IMG/VR virus record: IMGVR_UViG_2974563859_000001
DNA from: a virus
Taxonomy: Duplodnaviria > Heunggongvirae > Uroviricota > Caudoviricetes
Length of the DNA: 64,000 nt
Direction: 5' to 3' (one strand)
A program made the translations under genes and the position numbers. The first letter of the stretch is position 1; the number at the start of each line of letters is the position of its first letter. Below the pieces are notes generated by a model that was not told the origin of the DNA, made no database searches, and was given only the letters and a program-made list of their open reading frames with translations. Shown here piece by piece: positions 37,937 through 47,656 of this stretch.

Positions 37937-38263
37937 ATGATAAAAATAGAAACAAAAAATGATACTGCAATGATTAAAGATGAGTCTCTTAGGAAATCGA
38001 CTGAAGAAGTATTAAATTATTATTTAAGTGCGCTAGGAGTAGAAGATCTAAAGAATAATGAAACAGTTACTATCTATGCTATTAGAGAATCGGGTAAACT
38101 AGAAGATCATGTTGTTGCAATGGAAATTGAATATATTGAGAGACAAATTGGGAATGTTGTTTCAATAAATGTTATAGACCATGATAAAGATCATAATATC
38201 ATCTATATAATCGATTATAACAATATTGTAGATCCAGAAATTAAATCAATAAGAATAGAATAG
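37937..38263 (+). CDS. Hypothetical protein, 108 aa
   Basis: GGAGGT RBS. Confidence 0.6.
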   Translation: MIKIETKNDTAMIKDESLRKSTEEVLNYYLSALGVEDLKNNETVTIYAIRESGKLEDHVVAMEIEYIERQIGNVVSINVIDHDKDHNIIYIIDYNNIVDPEIKSIRIE

Positions 38264-38275
38264 GAGTTACTATAA

Positions 38276-38776
38276 ATGGTACAAATCCTTAATTTAAGTG
38301 AAGGATCAGCAAATGATAAAATAAAAGCAGTTGAAAGATTAAGAGATGAATTTGATAATAATAGTTTTACTTTATATACTATGGAAACTAAGATAATGGG
38401 AGTTGAAGATAGAATAACAAGAATCTATCTAGGTGACTTATTATTAATGCATGCATCTAATCACCTTATTGTACCTGATAAAATGGGAAATCCTATGCAA
38501 TCCAGCAATGGTGTAACAGTATTTAATGGATCTAGAGATCATCAGAGAATGTTAGAAGTTGGTATTGGTGGATGGGATGCATTTAAATTCTGGATTTCCA
38601 ATACTACCTTCCTATATGCATTTAGATGTAAAAATTTTAGAGATTTATTAAATGGTTCAAAGCAAATTGATCCAATGATTAATAGTATCTTTTATAAATT
38701 TTTTAAAAATCCAGATGTTAGAGAACAATTTACTCGTGTTTTAAATGAAGCTCGAATTAATATTAAGGAGAATTAA
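38276..38776 (+). CDS. Hypothetical protein, 166 aa
   Basis: AGGAG RBS. Confidence 0.6.
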   Translation: MVQILNLSEGSANDKIKAVERLRDEFDNNSFTLYTMETKIMGVEDRITRIYLGDLLLMHASNHLIVPDKMGNPMQSSNGVTVFNGSRDHQRMLEVGIGGWDAFKFWISNTTFLYAFRCKNFRDLLNGSKQIDPMINSIFYKFFKNPDVREQFTRVLNEARINIKEN

Positions 38777-38779
38777 TAG

Positions 38780-39022
38780 ATGCTAGATAATAGTATAGAT
38801 GAGCGTATGATGACGGCTAAACTAAATATCTCTTTTAAAATAAAAAAAGAGTTACAAAAAAGAAAAATATCTATACGTCAGTTAGAAGAAAATATAGGAT
38901 TAAAACATCCTCAAATAGTAAGAATAACTAATGCTGATAATAATTATAATATCAATACATTATTGAAAATTTTAGATGGTCTAGATTTAGAAGTTACGAT
39001 TCAAAATAAAAATAAGCAGTAA
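38780..39022 (+). CDS. XRE-family HTH protein, 80 aa
   Basis: KKELQKRKISIRQLEENIGLKHPQIVRI...NYNINTLLKILDGLD. Confidence 0.8.
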   Translation: MLDNSIDERMMTAKLNISFKIKKELQKRKISIRQLEENIGLKHPQIVRITNADNNYNINTLLKILDGLDLEVTIQNKNKQ

Positions 39023-39038
39023 ATAAGAGGTAAAATAG

Positions 39039-39200
39039 ATGATCAAAGATTTAAAAACTATTGCTCTATGTTTAGTTGGGTTTATTATTATATTCTTCAT
39101 AATTAAAAAATTTATGTATTCTAATGAGGAAGAAGAATGTCTAAAAAGAGATCATTATGTAGATGATTTTAAATGGGAAGAATATTGTAAAAATAAATAG
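39039..39200 (+). CDS. Small membrane-anchored protein, 53 aa
   Basis: AGAGGT RBS; N-terminal TM; not in ORF track. Confidence 0.6.
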   Translation: MIKDLKTIALCLVGFIIIFFIIKKFMYSNEEEECLKRDHYVDDFKWEEYCKNK

Positions 39201-39204
39201 AAAG

Positions 39205-39243
39205 AATAATCCTATATCACATGATATAGGATTATTTTTTTTT
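39205..39243. terminator. Bidirectional terminator
   Basis: aataatcctatatca/tgatataggattatt plus T-tract. Confidence 0.75.
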
Positions 39244-39976
39244 ATGCATAAATAAGATATTCAATTAATACTGTTTTAGTAAGAGATGTGAGTGACTCTG
39301 AATCAAAAGTTACTCTTGAAAATAGCTCAGTATCTTTATAGGTATTATTAGCTTCATCATACTCAGCAAATACTAAGCCTAGTTCATTAATGAGATATCC
39401 TCTAGTTTCATCTGCATTAATTTTAAGCATAATCTTTTGATAAACTTCATTATTTTCTTTACTGAATACCCATTGAGGTTCTACTTCAAAAACTTTACCA
39501 TAATATTCAGTAGTTCCATCAGATCTTACTTCAGGTAGATAATAACGTTTTCTTTGTTCTTCTGAAAGTTCCTCAATAATAGAAGGATTATTTTCTTTTT
39601 CAGGAGTTTCATGCTTTGCTGGATCCTGAACAACAAATGGAACTGGCTTTGCTAGATCTTCGTCACTATACAATGGTGCAAAAGGTTGGAAAGGTGCAGA
39701 TTCAATATCAGCGCCACCTGAACCTACTTTAAATAAGCAAATACTTCTATTTAAGTTAACTTTATAACCTGAAGCTTCTGCATCAATCGGTTTACCAAAT
39801 AAACGCTCCAAAGCATATGTTCTTCCACGTAGTACAATTAGATTATCTTTTTCTAAAATTGTATTTCCAAATTCATCCATTACTTTTACTTTACCTTTTA
39901 ATCCCATGCCAGAACTTGGCTGAGAAGTTTTATCTCCAATATTAATCCCATCATTGAATTTCAATTTTTCAGTCAT
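39242..39976 (-). CDS. Baseplate/tail-fibre attachment protein, 244 aa (ATG 39976; track start 39991)
   Basis: NLIVLRGR...KVGSGG...INELGL...LFSRVTF tail-fibre N-terminal-like fold; late promoter. Confidence 0.6.
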   Translation of the reverse strand: MTEKLKFNDGINIGDKTSQPSSGMGLKGKVKVMDEFGNTILEKDNLIVLRGRTYALERLFGKPIDAEASGYKVNLNRSICLFKVGSGGADIESAPFQPFAPLYSDEDLAKPVPFVVQDPAKHETPEKENNPSIIEELSEEQRKRYYLPEVRSDGTTEYYGKVFEVEPQWVFSKENNEVYQKIMLKINADETRGYLINELGLVFAEYDEANNTYKDTELFSRVTFDSESLTSLTKTVLIEYLIYA

Positions 39977-40004
39977 TATTGAAACCTCCAATTTATTATA
40001 TTTA

Positions 40005-40016
40005 CAAATAAATGTT
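40005..40016 (-). promoter_or_regulatory. Late promoter AACA-TTTATT-TG
   Basis: Consensus match. Confidence 0.6.
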
Positions 40017-40025
40017 TACTATTCT

Positions 40026-42242
40026 TTAAACTTCCTCATAAATAACCTTATCTTCTTGATTCTCTTCAGATACAGTTATTTTTACTGATTCTTTCAATAA
40101 CATAGTATCATTATTGTTTAAACTAGACTCATAATTAAAGCGATCAGATAATTTATAGATATCATGTTGATTTATTTGAATATCTGAAATTTTATATTGA
40201 TCATGATAACCTATACCTTCTATTGGTGAGTGAATTGTATGAACTATTCGATCATCATTGAGAACCATATTAGAATCATCTTTATACAATTGAGATTGCC
40301 ACCACATTACATCTCTTATATTTAATGGTACTTTGATATTAAGATTAGTATCTAAGATATTAGAAATATCTAATAGATCGATAGTGCTTGCAAAACTATG
40401 ATCTGTTGTTGCACTAAAATCATCAAATAATTTAAGAGTATTAAATGTTTTATCATCAAATGAAAATACAATATTAGCTGATAAAAGATCAATAGTGTAT
40501 GATTTAAAAATACTAATAATTGTATAAAGATATTTTTCTATATATGAACTTAGTCCAATAAAATTATTATTTGTAAAATATCTTCTTACTTTCGGATCAC
40601 TAATATAGTTTCCAATTGATTCAGTTAATTCAAATACTCTATCTTTATAAAAATTAGCTAATAATTTCTCACTATCTTTAATAGTATCTGGTACTTGAAT
40701 ATATTTATATAGATCATAATTTCTTGTTTTAATGTAATCACTAAATGTTTCACTATCACCATAAATAGAATTGCTGATTTTAGTCCTCATTTCAATATCC
40801 CATATCTCTTGAAGTTTTCTATAGATATGATAGTTATCAGTTTCTATAATCATATCTTCTAGATATTTTCGCATTTTCTCATTTGTATTAAAAACCTCTA
40901 AGAAATCTTCGATAGAATATTTTTCTTTCTCAAAACCTGTCATTTTAAAATTCTCAGTAAATTCAATAATTTCTTTATAATTATTGATTCTAGAAGCATT
41001 TTTAATAGCTATCTCTTTAATTTCACTCATTATACTACTAATATCTATACTATTTTCTATGTCCCGATAGCCATAGATATAATTAATAACATCTGGATTC
41101 TTACTTATAGTATCCCTATAACCATGACTTCTAATAACTAAAGATTGCAGAGCTACTATAGCATCATATATCTTGACTATATTTTCAGAAATACTTCCGT
41201 TAATAAATCCAAAGTCAATGCCTTCTTTTTGACTATAATCTAATTGAAACTTATTTAATATTGACATGAAATAAGCTAACCCAATTGTTTCATTCATAGC
41301 ATCTATTGTAGTATCAACACTCATATATTTTGAATTAATAAAATTAAAAGGAATGCTCTTTACTTCATCTTCTGATGCTTGCCAATAAGGATCATTTGAA
41401 ACAATTGAATTATAATCTAGAATAATATCTTTTTTAAAATCAACTTCTTTATCAGCAGGTGTTTTAAAAAACATTAGATAAGGATCATTATAGTTTAATT
41501 TCCCAGTTTTTGGATCTGTACTATAACCCTTTGCCAATACATATCTATATATCTCTATATTATCAAAACCAAATAAATTGATAATTTCAAGAATAGCCTG
41601 ATTAGTTCCTTTATGAGATAATAATGTATTAATCATTTTTAATAATCTTCTTTGATAGTTAATTGGCATATCCTCAAAATAATCAAGACCAACTGAAATA
41701 AATGCATTTTTAAGAGTCCTCATATCATAAACATCTATATTAAAGAAATTTTCCATCTTTCTAGTTAGATATCTCTGGACGGTAGAGAATATTAAGAACA
41801 ATTTAATAAATCCTCTATACATATCTTGGTTTTTAAATGCCTTAGTAGAGGTAACTTTATTATGATAATTTAGTACTTCATAGTAGCACTCATAAAATAG
41901 ATTCATTTCTTCTCTTGATAAAGTAGGTCTTGTGGCTAATAAAATATGAAGATCTTTGGCAGTTCTAGAAGTTAAATAGTCTATACCCCAGTTATCATAC
42001 AATTCTTTATAGTAACTATTTAACTCAGTATAACCATCAATTATTTTTTTCTTAGTTTCTTCATCTACATCATATAAACCTAAACGTATATTTATGAATT
42101 CATTAGACAAACGATAAGAATTTGTAGTTTCCAAGGAATCAGCTAATTCAGTATCTTTTAGAATGAGACCATTGGCGAACTCAAGGACGCTTTCAATCTC
42201 ATTTATATCCCCTTGTGAGAGGACACTATAATTGCTTCCCAA
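40026..42242 (-). CDS. Baseplate wedge protein (gp7 / P2 gpI-like), 738 aa
   Basis: LLSHKGTNQAILEIINLFG motif; late promoter 42266-77. Confidence 0.6.
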   Translation of the reverse strand: MGSNYSVLSQGDINEIESVLEFANGLILKDTELADSLETTNSYRLSNEFINIRLGLYDVDEETKKKIIDGYTELNSYYKELYDNWGIDYLTSRTAKDLHILLATRPTLSREEMNLFYECYYEVLNYHNKVTSTKAFKNQDMYRGFIKLFLIFSTVQRYLTRKMENFFNIDVYDMRTLKNAFISVGLDYFEDMPINYQRRLLKMINTLLSHKGTNQAILEIINLFGFDNIEIYRYVLAKGYSTDPKTGKLNYNDPYLMFFKTPADKEVDFKKDIILDYNSIVSNDPYWQASEDEVKSIPFNFINSKYMSVDTTIDAMNETIGLAYFMSILNKFQLDYSQKEGIDFGFINGSISENIVKIYDAIVALQSLVIRSHGYRDTISKNPDVINYIYGYRDIENSIDISSIMSEIKEIAIKNASRINNYKEIIEFTENFKMTGFEKEKYSIEDFLEVFNTNEKMRKYLEDMIIETDNYHIYRKLQEIWDIEMRTKISNSIYGDSETFSDYIKTRNYDLYKYIQVPDTIKDSEKLLANFYKDRVFELTESIGNYISDPKVRRYFTNNNFIGLSSYIEKYLYTIISIFKSYTIDLLSANIVFSFDDKTFNTLKLFDDFSATTDHSFASTIDLLDISNILDTNLNIKVPLNIRDVMWWQSQLYKDDSNMVLNDDRIVHTIHSPIEGIGYHDQYKISDIQINQHDIYKLSDRFNYESSLNNNDTMLLKESVKITVSEENQEDKVIYEEV

Positions 42243-42265
42243 TCGTGTTCACCTCGCTTATTATT

Positions 42266-42277
42266 TATCTTTATGTT
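42266..42277 (-). promoter_or_regulatory. Late promoter AACA-TAAAGA-TA
   Basis: Consensus match. Confidence 0.65.
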
Positions 42278-42299
42278 CAGAAATGGAGGAAATGTGAAA

Positions 42300-42965
42300 A
42301 TGATAAAAAAAATTAATAGTCCTGCTAAAGTCAATAATATTGTAAATATTCAGAGTGTACAGAATAATGATAATATTTTATTAAAAAATATGGATGGTTA
42401 CTTCCAAGAAAAATTTTATTTTACTGATATCTATGATGATACTAAAATGAAAAAATTAGTTGGATCTATTAAAAGTCAAATTAGATCAAGTGATGAGTAT
42501 TCCCATTATATTGGTTTCCTCAAGAATGAATTAGGTTTATCTCATTGTGCTGTTTTAGGAAATGTATCAGCAGAAGATGCGTCATTAGAATTTCACCATT
42601 ATCCTTTTACTATACATGACATAATTAATCTTTCAATTAGTAGAAATATCCTTTTAGGAAAAAAATTTAATTCTTTTACTATTATAAAGGAAGTATTAGA
42701 TGATCATTATAATAATATAATAGGTCTAGTACCATTATCATTAACAGTTCATGAACTGGTTCATGCTGGTGAAATATTTGTTAATTTAAATCAAGTTTAT
42801 GGTGATATAAATGAATTTAATAAAAAATATTCATTTGCTATGACTGATGATATGATTGAAAAATTTAATAAATTAATAGAACTAAGTGAGAGTAATGCGC
42901 CATATAGTGAAACTAATATTCTCAAAAAAATATATGATAAAATTGAAGATAACGATAGAACTTAA
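42300..42965 (+). CDS. HNH-like protein, 221 aa (start corrected from 42273), paralog of 30311..31015
   Basis: GGAGG RBS; LEFHHYPFTI, GLVPLSLTVHELVH. Confidence 0.55.
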   Translation: MIKKINSPAKVNNIVNIQSVQNNDNILLKNMDGYFQEKFYFTDIYDDTKMKKLVGSIKSQIRSSDEYSHYIGFLKNELGLSHCAVLGNVSAEDASLEFHHYPFTIHDIINLSISRNILLGKKFNSFTIIKEVLDDHYNNIIGLVPLSLTVHELVHAGEIFVNLNQVYGDINEFNKKYSFAMTDDMIEKFNKLIELSESNAPYSETNILKKIYDKIEDNDRT

Positions 42966-42980
42966 TCTATCGTTATCTTC
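42945..42980. terminator. Bidirectional terminator
   Basis: gaagataacgatag/ctatcgttatcttc 14-bp stem. Confidence 0.7.
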
Positions 42981-42981
42981 A

Positions 42982-43023
42982 CTATTTATTAACTAATGCT
43001 TCTAATGTAATATCTTTTCCCAA
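42982..43023 (-). CDS. Micro-ORF MGKDITLEALVNK (13 aa)
   Basis: Early box 43063-75, GGAGGT plus 7-nt spacer, TTG start, TAG, then terminator. Confidence 0.55.
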   Translation of the reverse strand: MGKDITLEALVNK

Positions 43024-43062
43024 GTGAAAAACCTCCATATTAATAAAACTTTTATCATTAAT

Positions 43063-43075
43063 ATAATATATATTT
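43063..43075 (-). promoter_or_regulatory. Early promoter box
   Basis: Exact motif. Confidence 0.75.
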
Positions 43076-43094
43076 AAAATTTACATTTACTATG

Positions 43095-43106
43095 AACAAT
43101 AGAATA
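43095..43106 (+). promoter_or_regulatory. Late promoter AACA-ATAGAA-TA
   Basis: Consensus match upstream of the vRNAP subunit. Confidence 0.7.
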
Positions 43107-43137
43107 GAGACATATAGAGATATGGAGGTTGAAATAA

Positions 43138-44343
43138 TTGGAAAAAGTACAAAAACCAATATCTATTTCGGAAAAGGATAAAGACTTTTTATTTTCTCTT
43201 TCTGAGGAAGATATTACATTAGAAATGCTAGAAAAACTTTTCGCTAATAAAAAGAATACAAAAGCTATGTTCAAGCCAAATGATATATTTGTATTACCAA
43301 AGGGTAGATTATATAATGATAAAAGTATGACAACAACTGTTGGAAGATATATTTTTAATTTATTTATGTTATCCCCTAAGATTATTCAATTAGTAGGATA
43401 CCAAAATATTTCATTTGATGATGGTAATATTGGTGGATTGGAAAATACTCTCTCTGAATATTTGATTGAAGATAAAATTACAGTGCAAGAATTTGCAGAT
43501 TATATTGACAAATTACAATGGCTTGGATTTATTACTGCAAAATTCTTAAATGCATCACTAACTTATGATCTACTAGAGATTCCTAAAGAAACAGATGCTC
43601 TTAAAAAGAAATTAATTCAAGAGCATAAAAAAGCATTGGAATCTGGCGATTTAATTGCTATTAATAAAATTGAAAAACAGTTAGTAGCTGATGCAAAAGG
43701 AAGAGTATCTGATATTCCTGACTATCAAATTTATGCTAGTGGTGCTCGTGGAAGTTTTGGTAACAACTATAAGAATACCACTCTTTTAAGGGGCGCAATT
43801 AAAAACTTGGCAAATCCAGATCAGGTTCATATCTCAGACGCTTCTTTAATGGAAGGAATACCTCCTGAAGAGATTCAATATTATTCTGATATTATTACTC
43901 AAGCATCATACAGTCGTGCTGTTGGTACTAGAGAAGGTGGTTATGAATCTAAGAAACTTAGTGCTGCCTTCCAAAATATCGTTTTGGATGATGAAGGATC
44001 TGATTGTCATACGAAAAAGACGATAACCATTGAACTTAATAAAGGTAATGCAAACATGTTCATGTATAGGTATATTGTAGAAAATAATAAACTAGTATTA
44101 TTGACTTCTGATAATATTAACAACTATATTGGTAAGATAATCAAGATTAGAAGTCCTTTATATTGTTTAAATAAACAATATTGTAGTAAATGTGCGGGAG
44201 AACTCTACTATCGTTTAGGTATTAGGAATGTTGGAATAATTTCCAACCGTATTGGGACTTCTTTGCTCAACGCATCTTTAAAAGCATTTCACGATATGAC
44301 ACTAAAAGTTGTAAATCTTGATATAGATAAATATATTGAGTAA
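43138..44343 (+). CDS. rpoC: RNA polymerase beta-prime C-terminal subunit, virion RNAP (AR9 gp264-like), 401 aa
   Basis: SGARG, bridge-helix-like SYSRAVGTREGGYESKKL, DC..RSPLYC...CSKCAG Zn site, terminal LKAFH; late promoter fits a packaged enzyme. Confidence 0.85.
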   Translation: MEKVQKPISISEKDKDFLFSLSEEDITLEMLEKLFANKKNTKAMFKPNDIFVLPKGRLYNDKSMTTTVGRYIFNLFMLSPKIIQLVGYQNISFDDGNIGGLENTLSEYLIEDKITVQEFADYIDKLQWLGFITAKFLNASLTYDLLEIPKETDALKKKLIQEHKKALESGDLIAINKIEKQLVADAKGRVSDIPDYQIYASGARGSFGNNYKNTTLLRGAIKNLANPDQVHISDASLMEGIPPEEIQYYSDIITQASYSRAVGTREGGYESKKLSAAFQNIVLDDEGSDCHTKKTITIELNKGNANMFMYRYIVENNKLVLLTSDNINNYIGKIIKIRSPLYCLNKQYCSKCAGELYYRLGIRNVGIISNRIGTSLLNASLKAFHDMTLKVVNLDIDKYIE

Positions 44344-44393
44344 AATTTAGATAATTTTATTTTAGTTTTCCATTTAATAATTAAGTACCATTA

Positions 44394-44409
44394 AACAAAT
44401 ATATATTAT
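44394..44409 (+). promoter_or_regulatory. Composite late+early promoter AACAAATATATATTAT
   Basis: Identical to 27154-69. Confidence 0.7.
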
Positions 44410-44443
44410 AATTGTATAATATAAAATGGGGGAATATTATTAA

Positions 44444-46141
44444 ATGGAAAACTTTTATTCTAAAAAAGAATTAGCAGAATTAACAGGAAAGGCAATTAAA
44501 ACACTAGAAAGATTTATGACAAAAAATAATATAGAGTCATCATTTTCTAAGGGTGTTAAAAAGTATTATAATGAAGAAGTAAAAAATTTTTTAATTAATA
44601 ATTTTAAAAAGAAATCATTTGAAGAAACTGTAAAAGAAATAAATGATCAATTATTTAAAATATGTGGTTACTATCCTTACATAATTAATTCTTTTAAGGA
44701 TGGTAAATACAATGTTACCTGTAATTTTTGTAAAGATACCTTTGATATTAAACGTTCAAATATGAAAAACGGCGCTATAAAAGAAGATGGACTCAGATAT
44801 CATATGTGTAGAACATGTGGTCAAAAGAGATCAAATATAGCTAACACTAAAGATATTGAACACTTTGAAGAAAAAATAAAAGAAAAATATGGTTTCTTAC
44901 CATATGAAATTTTAGAATTTACTAAATTATCTGGTAAATGTAAATTAAAATGTAAAAAATGCAATTATATTTTTACTGCAATTGCAGGTAATATATTAGT
45001 AACTAAGAATAAGGTATATTGTCCTTCCTGTAATAATAAGAAAAGAAGTAATAAAAATTATCAAGAAAGATTAAATGAAATATTTAACGGAAATCTTATA
45101 GCATTAGAAGAATATAAAGGTAGACGTGTTCCAATTATGCATAAATGTTTAATTTGTAATAATAAATGGAAGGCAGATCCTAACAATAGACTTAACGGTG
45201 AAGGATGTCCAAAATGCTCTAATATATTCACACAATCCAAAGGAGAAAAAGAAATTATAGATTTTATTTCAGAAAATTATAAAGGTGAAATAATTCTTAG
45301 AAATAGAACAATATTAAATGGTAAAGAGTTAGATATTTATTTACCAGAATTGAAAATAGCCATTGAATATGACGGTTTATATTGGCACAATGAAAAACAT
45401 AAAGGAAAGAATTATCATATCGATAAGACTAGAAAATGCAAGGAACATGGAGTAAGACTTATTCATGTATTTGAAGATGAATGGGTTAACAAAAATGAGT
45501 TAGTTAAATTCAAACTTCTTCATATTCTTGGAATAAATAATCAAGAAAAAATATATGCAAGAAAATGTTATATTGAGGAAATTGATAGTTCTCTTAAAAA
45601 TGAATTCTTAGAACGGAATCATATCCAAGGAAAAGATAATGCTAGTATTAAATTAGGATTATGGCTTCCAAAAGAAGATGGTGATGAATTAATTGCTATT
45701 ATGACATTTGTTAAAAGAAGATTAGCACTAGGTTCAAAACATAAAGGAGAATTTGATTATGAACTTAGTAGATTTGCAACTGATAGGGACTATCGTGCTA
45801 TAGGTGCATTTGGAAAGTTATTTAAATATTTTATTAAGAATTATGAATATGATAGCATTATAACATATGCTGATATTAGATGGTCTGAAGGAAATGTATA
45901 TATTAAGAATGATTTTGAATATACTCATAATAGCCGACCAAATTACTGGTATGTGGATAGAAATGATGGTACTAAACGAATTCATAGATTTAATTTTAGA
46001 AAACAGGAACTCAAAAATAAATTTCCTGAGCTATATGATAATGGTTTAACAGAGTTTGAAATAATGGATAACACAAATTTCTATAGAATATGGGATTGTG
46101 GTAATATGGTATTTAAGTATGAAAAAAAAAATAAAGGTTGA
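44444..46141 (+). mobile_element. Free-standing Hef-like homing endonuclease, 565 aa
   Basis: N-terminal HTH, multiple CxxC ribbons, ELDIYLPELKIAIEYDGLYWH (Vsr/DUF559-like), C-terminal ELSRFA...TYADIRWS...IWDCG. Confidence 0.75.
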
Positions 46142-46167
46142 TTAATTTCAACCTTTATTTTTTTTTT
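46122..46167. terminator. Bidirectional terminator
   Basis: A-tract ataaaggttga/tcaacctttat T-tract. Confidence 0.75.
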
Positions 46168-46420
46168 AGTCATACATTCCCTCATTAACAATCTCTAACA
46201 TTTCATATTTTGTAAGTGGTCTTCCTAACCCATTAATATTAGGTATTTTGTAATTCTTTTCCCAACCCTTAAATCTCGCTCTTATTCTAGCAATGAATTG
46301 TATTTTCTTTTTAGTCTTTTCTGAATTATCCTTAATCAACAATTCAGCAATCATGAAATCCATATCAATAATAGACTTTGAACGCAACAATTTTAATATG
46401 TCTAATGTCTTAGTTGTCAT
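46166..46420 (-). CDS. Hypothetical protein, 84 aa
   Basis: AGGAG RBS. Confidence 0.55.
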   Translation of the reverse strand: MTTKTLDILKLLRSKSIIDMDFMIAELLIKDNSEKTKKKIQFIARIRARFKGWEKNYKIPNINGLGRPLTKYEMLEIVNEGMYD

Positions 46421-46432
46421 AATTTCTCCTAA

Positions 46433-46768
46433 TTAATTTAAGAATTTTATTTCTCTAATATAATCTTCCTCATCATAAGATACATTAATTTTGTCGCCCT
46501 TCTTGAGTGATTTAAAAACCTCTTCACTTCCTGCATATAATTCTCTATTATCTCCTGAATCAGATAAAATAATCTTAAATGTATCTCTTGAATTTTTTCC
46601 TTTTCTTTCTATTTTTACCTTATCAATTATTGTTGAATTATCTATAGTTGAATATTCTTTATATGTGTTAGTTGATGGTTTTTTATTATCTATCGTAGTA
46701 TTGGTGTTTACTTGATTGCATCCTACTAATAAGGCTGATAATAATCCCACAATAACTAATTTTTTCAA
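46433..46768 (-). CDS. Lipoprotein, 111 aa
   Basis: TTG start; MKK, hydrophobic core, LLVGC lipobox; OB-like C-terminal domain. Confidence 0.7.
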   Translation of the reverse strand: MKKLVIVGLLSALLVGCNQVNTNTTIDNKKPSTNTYKEYSTIDNSTIIDKVKIERKGKNSRDTFKIILSDSGDNRELYAGSEEVFKSLKKGDKINVSYDEEDYIREIKFLN

Positions 46769-46798
46769 AAGAATTACCTCACAATCATCAAGTATCTC

Positions 46799-46981
46799 TT
46801 ATTTATTTTCTGACTTACTTAATTCATACATCTCATCAAGTAAGTTCATAGAATAATCAAACATTTCACTATATATACTATAGCTTATTTCCCCTGTTGA
46901 GTTTAAACCATTTAGAAAATCAGCCATTTCAGCTTTTAGTTTTTCTTTTTTTGTTGCATTAGGTGATATCCCCCACGCCAT
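46799..46981 (-). CDS. Hypothetical protein, 60 aa
   Basis: AGAGGTG RBS. Confidence 0.6.
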   Translation of the reverse strand: MAWGISPNATKKEKLKAEMADFLNGLNSTGEISYSIYSEMFDYSMNLLDEMYELSKSENK

Positions 46982-46993
46982 TTATTTCACCTC

Positions 46994-47317
46994 TTAAATT
47001 TTATTTGGATTCCAATTCAAATAATTATCCTCTATAATTTCAACTTTATTTCTCTCGTAACTACGTATTAATTCTATTACTTTATGAATTAAATAATTAT
47101 CATCTTTTAAATAATAGTCATTTGTGTTATAGTACCAAATGGTTTCTGTACTTGTTAATGCTTTATATTTTCTAAATATTTTACCTTTTACTTTTTCGTA
47201 TATAGTGATTTTCCATTTAAATTGTTCTCCTGATATCTTCCTAATTACATTAGCATAATAAGTACCTTTATCTGTTTTAATTTCCTTTAAATCCTTTTTA
47301 TTAATCAATTTTACCAT
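46994..47317 (-). CDS. Hypothetical protein, 107 aa, paralog of 47301..47642
   Basis: KWxI/VxxY...DNxL...NYxxW pattern. Confidence 0.55.
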   Translation of the reverse strand: MVKLINKKDLKEIKTDKGTYYANVIRKISGEQFKWKITIYEKVKGKIFRKYKALTSTETIWYYNTNDYYLKDDNYLIHKVIELIRSYERNKVEIIEDNYLNWNPNKI

Positions 47318-47642
47318 CCCACTTATTGTAATTTTCTTTTATTCTATTAATCTTAGCTTTACTTTTATCTTCTTTCAATATTGTTGATTCAATATATTCA
47401 ATTTCATCCTTTATAAATCTAACAAGCATATTATCTGATTCTAAACTTGGTGAGAACCAGTCTGTTTTAACTTCTTTAATATGCCTGAGAGTGTATCCAA
47501 ACCACCATCTTCTTTTATTTGCAGTATATAAATTGACTAACCATTTATGCTGAAGTTCATTAAATGGAGGAGAATATCTTGATGTTTTTGTTACTATAAC
47601 ACCATATTTTCTTAGTCTTGATTCAACTATTTTAATATCCAT
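47301..47642 (-). CDS. Hypothetical protein, 113 aa
   Basis: AAAGGGG RBS. Confidence 0.6.
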   Translation of the reverse strand: MDIKIVESRLRKYGVIVTKTSRYSPPFNELQHKWLVNLYTANKRRWWFGYTLRHIKEVKTDWFSPSLESDNMLVRFIKDEIEYIESTILKEDKSKAKINRIKENYNKWDGKID

Positions 47643-47656
47643 TTTTAATCCCCTTT

